Assembly (NCBI GenBank): GCA_036172245.1
Contig: JAYWIR010000003.1
Span: 4,402,001-4,466,000, forward strand
DNA: 64,000 bases
Direction of reading: 5' to 3'
Source: Raillietiella orientalis
Lineage: Eukaryota
Shown: piece after piece, positions 26,701 through 38,300 of the stretch
How the letters are laid out: each line of letters starts with the position of its first letter
How positions within the stretch are numbered: position 1 is the stretch's first letter
Made by a program: the position numbers and the translations under genes
Notes under the pieces: generated by a model
What the model saw: only the letters and a program-made list of their open reading frames with translations
The model's database searches: none
Told to the model about the DNA's origin: nothing

Positions 26701-27770
26701 AACGCGTGGCTCCCAACGTTTCCATCTGGTCGTCGCAAAGCGCAAGTGGGGACGCGCGGTGCCCGCGTGAAGGGAAAAGGGGGGAAGACGAGTGGCGGCG
26801 GCGGCGGCGGCACGCAGCCATCGAAAGGAAGAAGCCGTCGTCCCCAGCGAGGAGAGGGAGGCGCCGCCGAGGGAACGCAGTTCCGCTGGGGCGGTGATCC
26901 AGCGGGCCGCCGTCGACCCTGCCGCCGGCGGCTTTCCAGACAGGCGACACGAAGCCACGAAAAAGCGGGGTGAGGGGGGAGGGGAGGCAAAACAAAAACA
27001 CGATGACCAGGAGAAACGAAAAAATTAGCGTGCCGCGTGGGGACAGCTTTCCCGAATCACCAAAGACGCGCGCGCACGCACGCACGCGAAGAAAAAGAAG
27101 ACATGGCGGCGATCGGAGAACAAAGTCGGGCTCGTGTGTTGCGAACACCACGAAAACGGGAGGGGCGCGCGCGTGCCCGCACGGGTGGTCTTCAGGGAAC
27201 GTCAGGGATGCGCCCGAGGACACACGAAGCGCGTACCGGCGGGGGTGCGCCGCCGCCGCCGCCGCCGCCGCCGCGCGCACACGTCGGTTGGTTCAATCGT
27301 GGGGGGCACACGGTGAACCCACTTGCAATTAAAGTGCGCTCGAGCCGCAGTACCCGCCGCATGCAGAGGGACGGTGTCCAACGCGCGTTCGCACGGTGTC
27401 CCACGCGAAACCCGACGGCCGAGGACAGAGGAAGTTGCGCGCGCGGTTCCCGACCCGGGAAGCGTCCCGTGAGGGACGGCAACAGGTTGGCGCTGGGGTC
27501 GTCGCGAGAGGGAGGGACTCGCGCTCGCGCGCCAAAAAAAAGAGGGTGACCCGGAACCGGCGGCCACTCCCTCGAAGAGGCCCCGGGGAAAGGGGAACGG
27601 AGGGGTTCCCAAAGGGAAACGAGGCAGCCTTTGCAGTCCCGCCTCTTCCCAGAACAGAGGGACACACCACGAGAACGAGGAGGAACACCTTGCCAACGCT
27701 AATTGGGCTTACCTGCTGTCTCCGAGGACGACACGGTGGTACAGAAGCAAAGCAATAAAGAAAAGAGCAT
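14612..27770 (-). CDS. Cys-rich secreted, probably GPI-anchored protein (DUF7044/DUF7042/DUF7043-like, PTHR22255-like); join(27713-27770,16631-16840,16226-16477,15925-16152,15596-15812,15351-15490,14828-15160,14612-14718), 514 aa
   Basis: Eight exons with GT-AG borders and matching phases total 1545 nt with no internal stop. N-terminal hydrophobic MLFSLLLCFCTTVSS. Motifs CSFPTSWHGEWFQSG, CPLHGPFTFTYSKGKGECSKP, YQACPDVPNSES, LAQSGDATCNGL and CHFPPW are recalled as typical of this arthropod family. Hydrophobic C-terminus LMAVPLLALVSLR*. Family name is from memory, not a search. Confidence 0.88.
14828..15160 (-). CDS. Coding exon 7 (ENSRPRPCPLLGRW...LNVTHF)
   Basis: ttctcctcag| acceptor, |gtaagg donor, 333 nt, phase 1-1; contains a poly-Glu run. 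Confidence 0.85.
15351..15490 (-). CDS. Coding exon 6 (KSSYVCLRV...PTVVLI)
   Basis: cttcccccag| acceptor, |gtacgt donor, 140 nt, phase 2-1. Confidence 0.88.
15596..15812 (-). CDS. Coding exon 5 (RHSADKCHFPPW...HAIQD)
   Basis: ctgctcag| acceptor, |gtgagg donor, 217 nt, phase 1-2. Confidence 0.88.
15925..16152 (-). CDS. Coding exon 4 (EELLCLGAWKE...DRTLKLTR)
   Basis: ccccgtag| acceptor, |gtgcgt donor, 228 nt, phase 1-1. Confidence 0.88.
16226..16477 (-). CDS. Coding exon 3 (YCLGLQDF...CPDVPNSESI)
   Basis: ctctccag| acceptor, |gtgaga donor, 252 nt, phase 1-1. Confidence 0.9.
16631..16840 (-). CDS. Coding exon 2 (KCSFPTSWHGEWFQSG...NVLQYKE)
   Basis: cttccag| acceptor, |gtgagt donor, 210 nt, phase 1-1. 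Confidence 0.9.
27248..27273. repeat. (CGC)n trinucleotide tract in intron 1
   Basis: Read directly from the sequence. Confidence 0.85.
27713..27770 (-). CDS. Coding exon 1 (signal peptide MLFSLLLCFCTTVSSSETA-G); the exon itself spans 27713-27796
   Basis: Acceptor tgtctccgtttcag before 27796 and donor GCAG|gtaagc. The phase-1 end fits the exon starting at 16840. Confidence 0.72.
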
Positions 27771-28589
27771 CTCCCATGCAGCATATAAGGCACAGCCTGA
27801 AACGGAGACAAATTGAAAGCCGCACGGAAACCACGGCAGGGAGGGTGTCGGGGTGGGGGGTCACAGGCGTTCGGCCTCCCGTGACGGCAGCAGCAGGGAC
27901 GGTGGTGGTGGTGGTCGTCGTCGTCGTCCCCGTCTCCCGACCACTCGCTCGCGAAAGGCGTGTCCGCATCGCACCGCGCGCGTCACACATCGACGCCGTC
28001 GTGGAGATTTGCAATTTGAACGAATTGCGGAAAGTCGAATGGGAGAGCGATGGGCGGCGGCTCGCTGCGGGCCATAAACGACGCGCCGCTCTCCGCCCGG
28101 GCACCCGGAGTCCGAGGGGCCTCCGCCGCGCAGCGCCACCGCACTGCCGCCGAGGCGCCAGGGGCACGCAGGACGGCCCAATCGATGCCCCGCAACGCAA
28201 TGGCACTCTTTTATGCCTTTACGATAACAAATCGCATTCACGGCGTAATAAAAGAATTTGCAGTGTGCGGCGGACGCGAACGGCGGCACGGAACGCATCT
28301 CCGATCCCTTCGGCGGCGCGGGGGGGCTCCCTCCCTGCCCGGAGGGGATCGGACCACTGCCGCCGAATCCGGGAGCAACCTCGCGCGCAGAGGTGGGACG
28401 TATCGCCGGGCATCATCTGCCGAGCGTGCCCGTAGCCCTCCGAGACACTCCGGAAAGTTCCGGCCGCTCGCCATATTTTACTCGCGACCGGGAACCGGAG
28501 GAGGAGGAACGGGGAGACGGGGGGGGAGGGGGAAAGGGGGGGAACAAAACTCGGGAAAGTTTCCTTGAAATTAGAAAGAAAATGATTTC

Positions 28590-28590
<1 letters not shown>

Positions 28591-28650
<60 letters not shown>
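28591..28650. repeat. Compound microsatellite (TG)24(AG)6
   Basis: Read directly from the sequence. Confidence 0.95.
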
Positions 28651-28657
<7 letters not shown>

Positions 28658-31600
28658 TCGGGAGGGGGGGGAGGGGGGTTACTACCGGTGAAAATTTTCA
28701 CCCGATCTCCCGAAAACTTTCACGGCACATCGCTCCCCTCTTCCCCCGGCCGCCGCCCCCTTTTCAGTGCTCTCTCCGTGTGTGCTTCGACGAGGCTTTA
28801 CATTAAGGCTGCCACGTCCACGGCTTGAAAAACGACACGCATTTGCACATCCATTAAAAGAGAAAATTTGCACGTAGCCGACATCATGGCAATGATGAAT
28901 CAAACATGAAGCGCTTCCCCGAGAAGCGCGGACCGGGCGTATCTGCCGCCGGGGCACGCTGTGCGTGCTCGCATCTCCTAGCGCCCAGCTTCCGGAGCAG
29001 GCGGAACCGCCCGGGGAGGATGGGAGGAGGGGAGGGGGGGAGCTCACCATCTAAAACTCTTCCACCAAAATGTCGGACGGGCGACCCGAGAGCTCCGTAC
29101 TGTTCGGCGTCGGGGGCGCGGGCGCGACTTCCATCGTTCACGCGACGAAACCGGTCCAGACGGGATGCGACTGCATGGCGGGTCACCTGGGATTACCGAG
29201 AGCTTGCCGGGTTTCGCGGACGAGGGGAGGAGGGGGGGGAGACGCAGCACAGCACGCGCGGCACGCTCGCGTTCTCACTCCGTACTGCGGCGCTCCGACT
29301 CGCGCTCGGCGGAGAGAGTCCGACGCGTTTCCGCCAAAGGAGACGACGACGACGACGACGACGGACCGCATTATGTTCTCGCCGCTGACGCTCCTCCCCC
29401 TCGGCACGGCGGGGGGGGAGGGGGACCGCACTCCCCCCCTTTCCCCCGGTATATGGATTTCAGAAAGTTTCTGCTGTTTATGGGCTTCGCAAAGAGTCTA
29501 CCTGTAGCACGAGCGGGGAGGAGGAGAAGAGGAGGAAAGGCAAAAAAAAGAGGAAAAGAGGGAAAGAGGAGGAGGAGGGAGGGAGAGAGAGAGAGAGAGG
29601 GAGGGAGGGAGAGAGAGAAAAGGAGGAGAAAAAACGCGCGCTATCGCAAATCGTGCTGCAATCCGAGAATTTATTTTCCTCGGAAAACCCCATCGTCGTA
29701 TCGCGTCGTCGCCGTCTCTCTCCTACGTAACGATTAGCCGCGATGGACCGAGGCGCACGTCGGGAGGCACGTCGTATGCCCGGGGGGGGGGGGGGAAGGG
29801 AACTTTTGCTGGATGTGGGGGGGGAGGAAGAAGGGGGCGAGAATCCCCCCCCCCCCTTACACCACCAGCGATCTGCGGATGGGCGCGGCGGCCGGAAAAC
29901 GGCCCCGGAGAAGACCGGGTCCGCCGGGAATCCGCGGGCGGGTGTCGACGTCGTCATCCCCTCCCCCCCCCCGCCCCCGTTGGCGTGGCGACTCGGTGGC
30001 GCGCTCCACCGCTTCCCTCCCGCGTTTCCGGCATCCAGGATGCATATTTGTGGCGGGAGACGTGGTGCCATTTTTCTATGCGGCGCGGCTCATCGCAACG
30101 AACCGCTTCGATGTTGAAAATCTCCCCGGAAGCACCGCGCGCCGCCGGAGCCATCAGCAGCGTCAGTTCGTTTCGGGAGCCATCCGCTCTTAATTGAATT
30201 TCGATGCGTTCGGCTGCCACGTACCACGCCGGGCCACGCGGACCTCCCCCCCCCCCCTAACCCGCCGCCCCCTCCAAGGCAGGGTGTGTTCCGTTCGCGC
30301 GTTCTCCTGAAATGCGAAGGAATGCGGGGGAGGGGAGGGGCGGGGGGTGGGGAGGAGGATGAAAGGTAAATAAATAAGAAGAGGGGAAGAAGGAAAACGC
30401 TCCCGATTCCGGAACAGTGCACGAGGCTTCTTCGTAGGACCTCAGCAAGCCGCCCTACGAAGGCCCTCCCGAGCCTTCCCGCTCGCTAAACGTTTCTTTA
30501 AACCTCCCCTTGAAAAAAAGGAAACAAAAATGAAGAAAACGAGGGGAGGGAAGAAGGAGGATGAAGAGAGGGAGGAGGAGGGGGGGGGGGGGAACGTCCG
30601 AAGCAGCTGCATTTGCAGCCTCCCCCGATGGGTCCTTCGAATAAACGACCGCGCGGTGCGCCGACGGCCGACGGGGAAAGCGCGCGGCGCGGCTCGCGCG
30701 TGCGCAGCGGATGTGCCGCCGACGTCCTCGCGCTTACAAATGAGCGCATAATTAAGGAGCCTTTCAAAAGCAAACGGACTGCGATGCGAGCGCGTTCATT
30801 AAATTTTTCCCAAACTGTTTACAAAAATCGTGCCGTTGCCGAGCGCAGCATCCGAGCTAAATGACTGTGATTAATGATTAGCGGATTTCGTCCCCCCGGC
30901 GCTCTCCGGGAAGCGACTCGCCGGAGGATGCGATAGACCGATGGGTTCGGCTCCGCGGCGTGATTGCCGGTGCGGCCACAACGAGGTTTTCTCTCCCTCC
31001 CTCCCCCCCCCCCCCCACGCTCTCCCCCGGACGGATAGGTAGCGGCCTACTTAAAACTCGGGATCTGCCGGAATCGCTCGTAATGGGTAAACTCCGCGGA
31101 GGAAGCGTCCCGTGCAGCCGCGCGGTTCGTTATTACGGAGCGAAATTACTGTTCCGAGCTATTCGTTTTCCCTCTCCCTCGAGGGAGAGCCGCGGGAATC
31201 CTCCGCGGGATGGACAGAGCTGCCCGAGGAGGCATTCGGGTGCGCGCGGCGTGGTCAGCGGAAGGGAAGAAGAAAAAAGAGGGAGAGCGAGGGGGGGAGA
31301 GAGAGAAATGCGGTTGAAAACCGTCCAATTCGTGAGCCGACTTTTCCTCCGCTGTTTATTTTTAGAATTCCATGCAGAGGGAAAATTAGCCATTGCTGTC
31401 TGCGTAGGCACTGCAGAATGGGCCCGACGTCGTCCACGGCAGGATGGATGGGTGTGCGTGCGCGCGCCCCTCCCCCCTCCCTTCCCCCCTTTCGTTCGCC
31501 GCTGCTCTCCCGTAAATCCGTTGCAGGAACGACGAGGCGCTGAGAGGCGCTCCCATCGATTTGGCGACTGATTTGCGGCATCGGCCGCAGATCGATGGGG

Positions 31601-34600
31601 GCGCCTTCCCGAAATTAGGGATGGGCACTGCCCGAAATCGAGACGCGTCGGGAAGGTTCGGCGGATTTACACCTTCCTGTGGGGTCGGCCGAGCGCGGAG
31701 CGTCGATGCGCTCTCTCCCGGGGCGCGGCGGCGAACTTCCCGTGGAGGGAGCATTCCTTCCCGGAAAGATTCTCAGGGATATTCGTTCGGGGCCTTTTTC
31801 CGAGAAGTTATCGTTTCCGGTCGTTTCCAGGATATCATTACACCCGGAGGGACCCACGGCGCGCCGCCATTACGCGGAGGAGCCGCCGCGGTCGAGGACC
31901 TCCCCGGCAGGCTCGGCGCGCCATCTCCCCCTCGGAAGCTGCGATCTCGCCTTTCTCTCCCGCCGCTCCGCGCTTTCAACCACCGTTCCCGTCTCCCCCT
32001 CGACCTCCGCGTTGCCCGCGACGACGCGTGCTCGCGCAGGCGCTCCGAGCGCGCATCCTGGGATGGCGCGAGCAGGGTGGGCGGGCGGGTGTCGCCGCCC
32101 GAGCAGGCAAGAAGCGAGGGGAGGACGCCCCTCTCTCCCCACCCCCCCATCTCCCCCATCCCGCGGAGGCGTCCAGGGGACCGCCTCCTCCCTTTCGAGG
32201 CGCGCTCCCGGAACAATGCCAACCGACGGCGGCTGCGGCGAGGGACTTTTCCTGCCGCCCACTCCCCGACAGGTGCGACTTTCCAGGACCGGATGAGCCT
32301 GGGGCCTCCGCTTGGCTTCCGGCAGGAAACGAAGGGGAGAGTGGGAACGTGGACCGGGCCCGGCTCCTCCCTTGCTGGAGGCAGCGCGCGCCGTGGCTTC
32401 GGCGGGCTCATGAGGAGAGAAAGGGAGGCTGGGGTCCGGCTCAGAGGTGGAGGGACGTTTCAGCGCAGCGTCCGGGAGCGCCGGGCGAGCAACAAGGCAA
32501 ACGGACCCCGGAGCGTCCCCGACGCGCCTGAGGGTCCAAACGCGGCGGGTTTGACGGTGGCGCGGACGGCGAGGTGCGGCCGTCCTCAGCCCTCTCGCGT
32601 AGGTCGCATGTCCCGAGGGTTCGCCCGCTCCAATAGGAGCCATGCTGGGCCCCAACTCGCCCTTCCCCGAAGTGCGCGGGAAAGATCCCAAGGGGGAGGA
32701 GCGAGCGGGCGTCGCGGTTGCCGTGAGAGACCGCGGGAGCCCCACGCGCCAGGCGTGGGGGGGGGGGGAGAAGACAGAGATGCGCACGCGAGGAGGCGGC
32801 CTCCCACGGCAGGCGCCAGCGGTGCGGGCGCACCTCTGGCGGCGGGAAGACGGGAGCGCGCGACGGGCGGGCGAATGCCCCCAGAGGAAGGCGCCGAGTG
32901 GCGCCCTGACGTGAGTACAGAGGATAGGAGGGTGGCGAAAGGGATGGTGGCGCGCGGGCGGGTCCGACGCATCCGGAGGAGGCCACCGCCGTCGTCGCCG
33001 GATGGAGATTCGGGCCGGCGGTTTCCGTTCCACGCCGGAGGAAGAAGGCAGCACTCGCCCCGGGCGCGAGCTGCCCTGTCCCGGGAGGCTTCCCTCCCAC
33101 TTCCCGATGATCTCGCCGCGCCTCCTGCTTCCCGCTACGGCTCGTCCCTCCAGAGACGGTCTTCCCGCTCCCCCTCCGCCTGCCTTAACGCCTCCATGTC
33201 TTTCTTTTTTTTTTTTTTCTTCTTTTTTGTCCTTTTCCGGGCGGCCGTTCGCCGGGGCGCCACGCGCGTGAGACTGTGGCGCCCCCTCTCTCTTGCGACA
33301 GGGAAGCGAGGGGACGGTGGCCAGTGGCGCCTTCTCGCGGACCAACGTCCCCAGCGGGAGGGAGCCACCTCCGCCCTCGATGGGAGGCGCGGCTCCCTAC
33401 CCCCCGGACAGCCCACCATCTCGAGCGATCCGGCTCTCCCTGGAGGGGGAAGCTTTCGCGGGAGCGGCGGGAGGCGAGCCGACCCCCTGGGGATGAGCTT
33501 CGCCTCGCTCGCTCCCCGATTTATCCCGGAGGAGCGCCGGAGAGTCCCGCCAGGTAATCCCTCTACTCGCAGCTGTCAAAACGGAGGGATTTCCGGGATT
33601 CCGCGGAACGCGTCCCGATCGTTCCCGAGGGGTGGCTCGCCAGCGGCAGCGTCCTGACGCTCGCCCCGGGCTGGAAAGGCTCACCCCTCCGGGAGGGGGG
33701 GATGGAAAGGGAAGGGCCGGTCGACGAGGGCAAGTTCCTCCGGCCCTGGGAGCTTCGGGTCGGAGCAGCAGTCGCTGCCGGCCCCAAGAGCTCGTCCAAG
33801 TCGCTGCTGGCCACCCTCTCACCTGAAGGATCTCCTGAGGGAGTCTCACAAGACCCGTCCGGCCCACAGGGCGGCTGCTTTGCCCGGGGGGAGGGCGTCC
33901 CCACGCCTTTTGCTTCTAGACCCGCAAATCGGGAAGACGCCTGCTGGGGAGGAGGAGGGAAGGGAACAAAGGACGCGGGAAGGAGAGCAAGGGGGCTCCT
34001 CGGCCCCCTCGCTTTTTCTTTTTCTTTTCCCTTTCGTTTTGCTGCGCTCTGTGCCCCACCGCAGCTCCGGCTCCCTCCTGACATCTGCCGGCCATGTACA
34101 GAAGCGACGCGTCCGCGGTTCGTCCTCCGCCAACGGACGGATGTCGCCTCCCGAGAGAGGAGGCGCCTGGGGAGGAGCACCAGAGACGAAAGGGGAAAAT
34201 ACCCGAGGGATGACCGAGCTCGCGGCCCTTCACCGAAGCTTCCGGACGGCCTTTCCCGAAGACGCTCTGGGGAAGAGGGGAGAGAAGAGCAGTGAGAGGA
34301 AGGGAAGCTGAGCTGGGAGCTCCGGGTGCCGCCCGAGAGGGGGATCTCCCTCTTCAGGCTCGCCTCATCAGCAGCTGCGTCCCTGCCCGTGGTCCAGCGC
34401 AATGCCTGGGACGGCGGGAAGTGCGCGGACCGGCGGTGGCTGCTCCTGACGCGCAACGCACGCGCCCTGCTCGTACGCACGGAGGAACTGAGCGCCTGCC
34501 ACCCCTTCTTCTCCTGCTGGGAGGAGGAAGAGGAGGAGGAGGAGGGCTGCGAGCTCTCCATGGCGACCCCACAAGGGTTCCGGAAGACCAGCACTCACGA

Positions 34601-35577
34601 CCGTCCGGCTCGGCCTGTCAACGGATCCGGGTCCACGTTTCCTGGGCGACGCGCGTCGCTTCCTCCTCCCTGGAGTAGCGCGCTCTCCTGGCCAGGGAGA
34701 GGAAACCGGGAGCAAGGGGAAGAGGAGGTTGTTCTTCTCCCGGAGATGCTCCCCCTCCTCCTTCGGAGAAGGGTTCCTAGCCTTCCCGGTTCCGACGGTC
34801 CTTCGGCAGATCGGGGCGAGGCGCTCCCTCATCGTTCCCAGGGCCTCTTCCCGCCGTTTCGGCTACATGAAACCCTCGTTCCCCGGGAACCCTTTTGGCG
34901 CGGTCTCTCCTCCGCCGACCAGCTCCCCTTTTTTCACCCTCCGGCGGTCCCGCACCATGCCCGAGGCTTCTCCCCGCTGCCTTCCGGGGACCCTCGGGGC
35001 GGCACCCCCAGGACGAGTAGGCGTCATGCCACCGCGACACGAGGTGCCCAAGTTTTCCCCATACCCAGTCCCCACGACCCCCGGTGGGCTACGGAGGGTG
35101 CGCGGCAGTCAGGGAGGAACCCTTGACCTGCCGACCTGGGAAAGTCAGGGACGGCCCGGGGTCGCGATCCACAAGAAGCGCGGGAGCGTTCCCAACCCCT
35201 TCTACCGTCCGCGTCGGGAAGAGACCGCAGGGTGGATGAGGAGCACTCACGAGGCGGAAGGCTCGTGCCACTGCCTTCCCTCCTTCCCCTTCCCTCCTTC
35301 CCCGGCTCTTTCTGCTGGCGGAAGCCCTCTGAGGGCAACCTCCCTCCCCCTCGAGGAAGTGAGCGATGATCCTGCCCCGGGGGGGAGGGAGAAGCGTTGC
35401 TGCGCACCGAACCATGGACGTCCGGCGGCAGCAACCCACCTTTTCACCGCGCTGCAGCAGTAGCAGCAGCAGCCCGGGAGTGGCTCCCCTTCCTCGGAGA
35501 TCAATGATTTCCACGGACAATCCATCTCGGACCCTTCTCGCTCCAACCCACTCCTGCGGCCCGCTCCGGCGATGCAG

Positions 35578-36024
35578 CCCTTGCAGCACTTTGCTGCATC
35601 CGGGGCACCGTGGCGGCATGGAGTGATGCCCAGGACGAAGAAGTTGATTCCAACGAGATGGAAGTCATCCCATCCCATGCAGCTCTCTGCATCGCTTCAT
35701 GCGGAGAGCTGCCGGATGGCCCCAACTGGAACAGATGCGAATGGACCTCGAGGGCATCCTGCGAAGGATGGGCCCTCCTCCCAGTGGGCAGTGATCCCTT
35801 CCCGTCCCTCCAAACTCTTTTTGTTTTTGTTTTTTTCCTTATTTTTATTTTTATTTTTGTTTTCTCCCCCATCCCCTTCCACTGCCGAGCAGAGTCACAC
35901 GGGGCTGCGTCTCGGCGTCCCGGCAGGTCCGGTGCTGCGTGGCCGTTAGTAGGGCCTTGTACCACGTTTTGTGTTGACCATGCAAGAGTTTTTAAATAAA
36001 TGTCCCGGCGTATCCGGGTGGCTT
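35578..36024 (+). mobile_element. L1/Tx1-like LINE, short 3' fragment, copy B
   Basis: Homologous to the 3' part of copy C. Ends aataaatgtcccggcgtatccgggtgg. TSD ctccggcgatgcag (35564-35577) / ctccggtcatgcag (36025-36038). Confidence 0.8.
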
Positions 36025-36684
36025 CTCCGGTCATGCAGGAGCGCGCGCGCCAGTGCTTCCATCTCCCCCCCCGTCGTTGCCACAGCCGGCGCGACGCGAC
36101 CCCCTCCGGCGTTCTGTACCAGGGAGCTGCTGGTCCCTCGGTCTGGCGTGATGGGTCCAGCGGACGGAGAACTCCAAGATGCTTGGGACGGCATCGCCGA
36201 AGACCAGTCGGACCGCCACATCGCCAGGAGGAGGAGTTGATTCCTGCGCGGAGCTGCGTCCGGGCTCCCCAGGTAGACGGCCGCGTGCGCTCCCGGACCG
36301 CGACCCGAGGGGAGAGATCTTGCGCTGCTGGAGACCCCTTCCTTCCCTCCCGCACTTCTCCGGCCACCCCCCGCGCTCCCGTGAGGGCCGCACGAGTCCG
36401 GACTGGCCTCCTGGCTGCCCTTTCGTGTGTCCTGCAGAGCAGAATCCACTCCGGAAGAGCCACCCCCGCGAGACTTCCTTCGGGAGCGCGCCGCCGAGAT
36501 GACGTCCTGATGGGCGCCCGGCAGGAGGCGGCGGCAGCGACCCGGAAACCCAGGCAACGCCTGCAACCCTTCCCTCCCCTCGGCCGCAGCTGTCCGACGT
36601 TCCGGGTGAGAGAGCGCGGCAAGCTGGAGGGCCGCCCCGCGCCGTCGGAAAGCAGGCCCACGCCTAGCGATCCCTCGCCCAGGT

Positions 36685-37880
36685 TCCCCCCTTTAGTACT
36701 TCTGTGCCCCGGCCGGAAGATCAGAAGATGCGTCCTTCTCCTTGGACGCATGGCCACACTTGCCAAGGAGAACGGCTGGATGGTATGCAGCCCCGCCAAC
36801 TCCTCCGCATGGCTGGAGGAATCTGTTGGAACGTGGGCGAAGTTAAATGCCCAAAGAAGTGACAGCTGGAACTGCCTGCGATTTGGGTCCTACGCCCGCT
36901 GCACCCTGCGGACCATTCTGAAGTGTCCTGCAAGGAGCACATGGGCGGAGACCACCCCTTTAGCTACGGCGCTGCCCTTCCTACGGAGGGCCCTCGTCAG
37001 CGGCCGGACACCGAAGTGGCAAGTCTCCTGTCGGATCGCGGGCAGAGAGAAGATGAGCGGTTGGACCATGGGAGAGTTGTCAGATGCCACGACCCCGAGT
37101 GTCCTTCCGCGTGGACTTTTGCGATGGGGCGAGCTGCTCGGCATCCCCACAAATGACCTGAAGTGGCCCCCGGTATCGGATGGTTCCAGGATCCTCCCCC
37201 TCAAGTGGCAAGAGTCGGCGCTCCTGTTGTTGCATTGGGGTCTACCCTGCAACACCCGCCGCTTCCAGTGGACGAGGGGGAGAGTAAACCCTGAGTGTGC
37301 CAGGTGTGGGGAGCAGGAGTCCCTCCCCCACCTGATAGTTGACTGTCCTGCCCTCCGGCCCCTGTGGGAACGTTTCGGAACGGCCCTTGGGATACCGGTT
37401 GGCGGCAACCCAAGAGACGTTTACCGCCTTCTCTTCGTGCGGGACGCCCTGCAGCCAGCCGCAGCCCTGACAGCACTTTGTGGGATTGGAGCGGCCTGGA
37501 GTGAAGCCGAAGATGAAGAAGCCAATGAGAGGGACGTCATCCCGTATGCTGCTCGCTTCCTGCAGAGAGCTACCTGATGGCCCCAGCTGGGTGGAATAAA
37601 GAAGGACCTCGAGGGCATCCTACAAAGGATAGACCCTCCTCCCAGTGCTCAGTAATCCCTTTCCGGCCCTCCAAACTCTTTTTTTTTTTTGTTTTGTCTG
37701 TTTTATTTTCCTTTTTGTTTTTTCCCCATCCCCTTCCACTGCCGAGCAGAATCACGCTGGTCTGGGTACCGGCGCCTCAGCAGGTCCTGTTAAATGTTGG
37801 CCGTTAGTGGGGCCTTGTACCACGTATTGTCATGACTATTTGAAGAGTTTAAATAAACGTCCCGGCGTATCCGGGTGGCA
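36685..37880 (+). mobile_element. L1/Tx1-like LINE, 5'-truncated copy C (best-preserved ORF2 C-terminus, zf-RVT-like)
   Basis: Open frame contains CARCGEQESLPHLIVDCPALRPLW (CCHC finger of L1-clade ORF2). Perfect 10-bp TSD tcgcccaggt (36675-36684 / 37881-37890). Conserved 3' end. Confidence 0.85.
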
Positions 37881-37890
37881 TCGCCCAGGT

Positions 37891-38300
37891 GGCGGCGCTT
37901 CCCTCCCAGGGGAGGGTCAGCCCGAACGGCAAGAATGCGGAGGCTCTGGAGCCTGGGGCGTGATTGGGGCCGAAGCTCCGCCTTCGACCCCGGGTCGGTC
38001 ATCGCACGCCCTTCGCACTCTCTGTGGTTCAGGAGATGCACGCGTCGCCGGTGTGTCGCCCCCGGGACGTGCCGCGGGGCAACACACCCTGCGGCGTCCG
38101 CCTTCGAGGGTCGGACCAGTCGGTACCATGGAGAACTTCCGAGACAGCTAGGCGTGCAGGAGCGGGCAAGGAGTTTCCGGCGGCGAGGGCGATCCGCGTC
38201 AAGGGGCACCCCCTGCGGCTGTCTCCGAAATGGTGCATCCTACCAGGAAAGGAGACGTCATCGGACCACCTCGCCTCTAGCGAGAGTCCAGCCTCCGTCG
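37891..38300 (+). mobile_element. APE endonuclease-like fossil; a related segment lies at 36040-36330
   Basis: SDHLA motif; patchy nucleotide similarity to 36040-36190, which reads LQDAW..PDRDP. Confidence 0.3.

Noticed and set aside
29495..29640. Possible recursive splice site or acceptor on the minus strand (pyrimidine tract + ctacag|gtagac)
   Set aside because: The donor is weak, and the pyrimidine tract is just a GA-rich simple repeat.
31561..33657. 698-aa ORF and overlapping 491-aa antisense ORF
   Set aside because: R/G/P/A-rich low-complexity translation through homopolymers, expected at this GC content; no motifs.
36000..37577. 525-aa ORF as an intact gene
   Set aside because: It is chimeric. 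It starts inside the 3' end of LINE B, crosses unrelated fossil DNA, and enters LINE C at the TSD (36685). There is no RT domain, and the stop is premature relative to the other copies.
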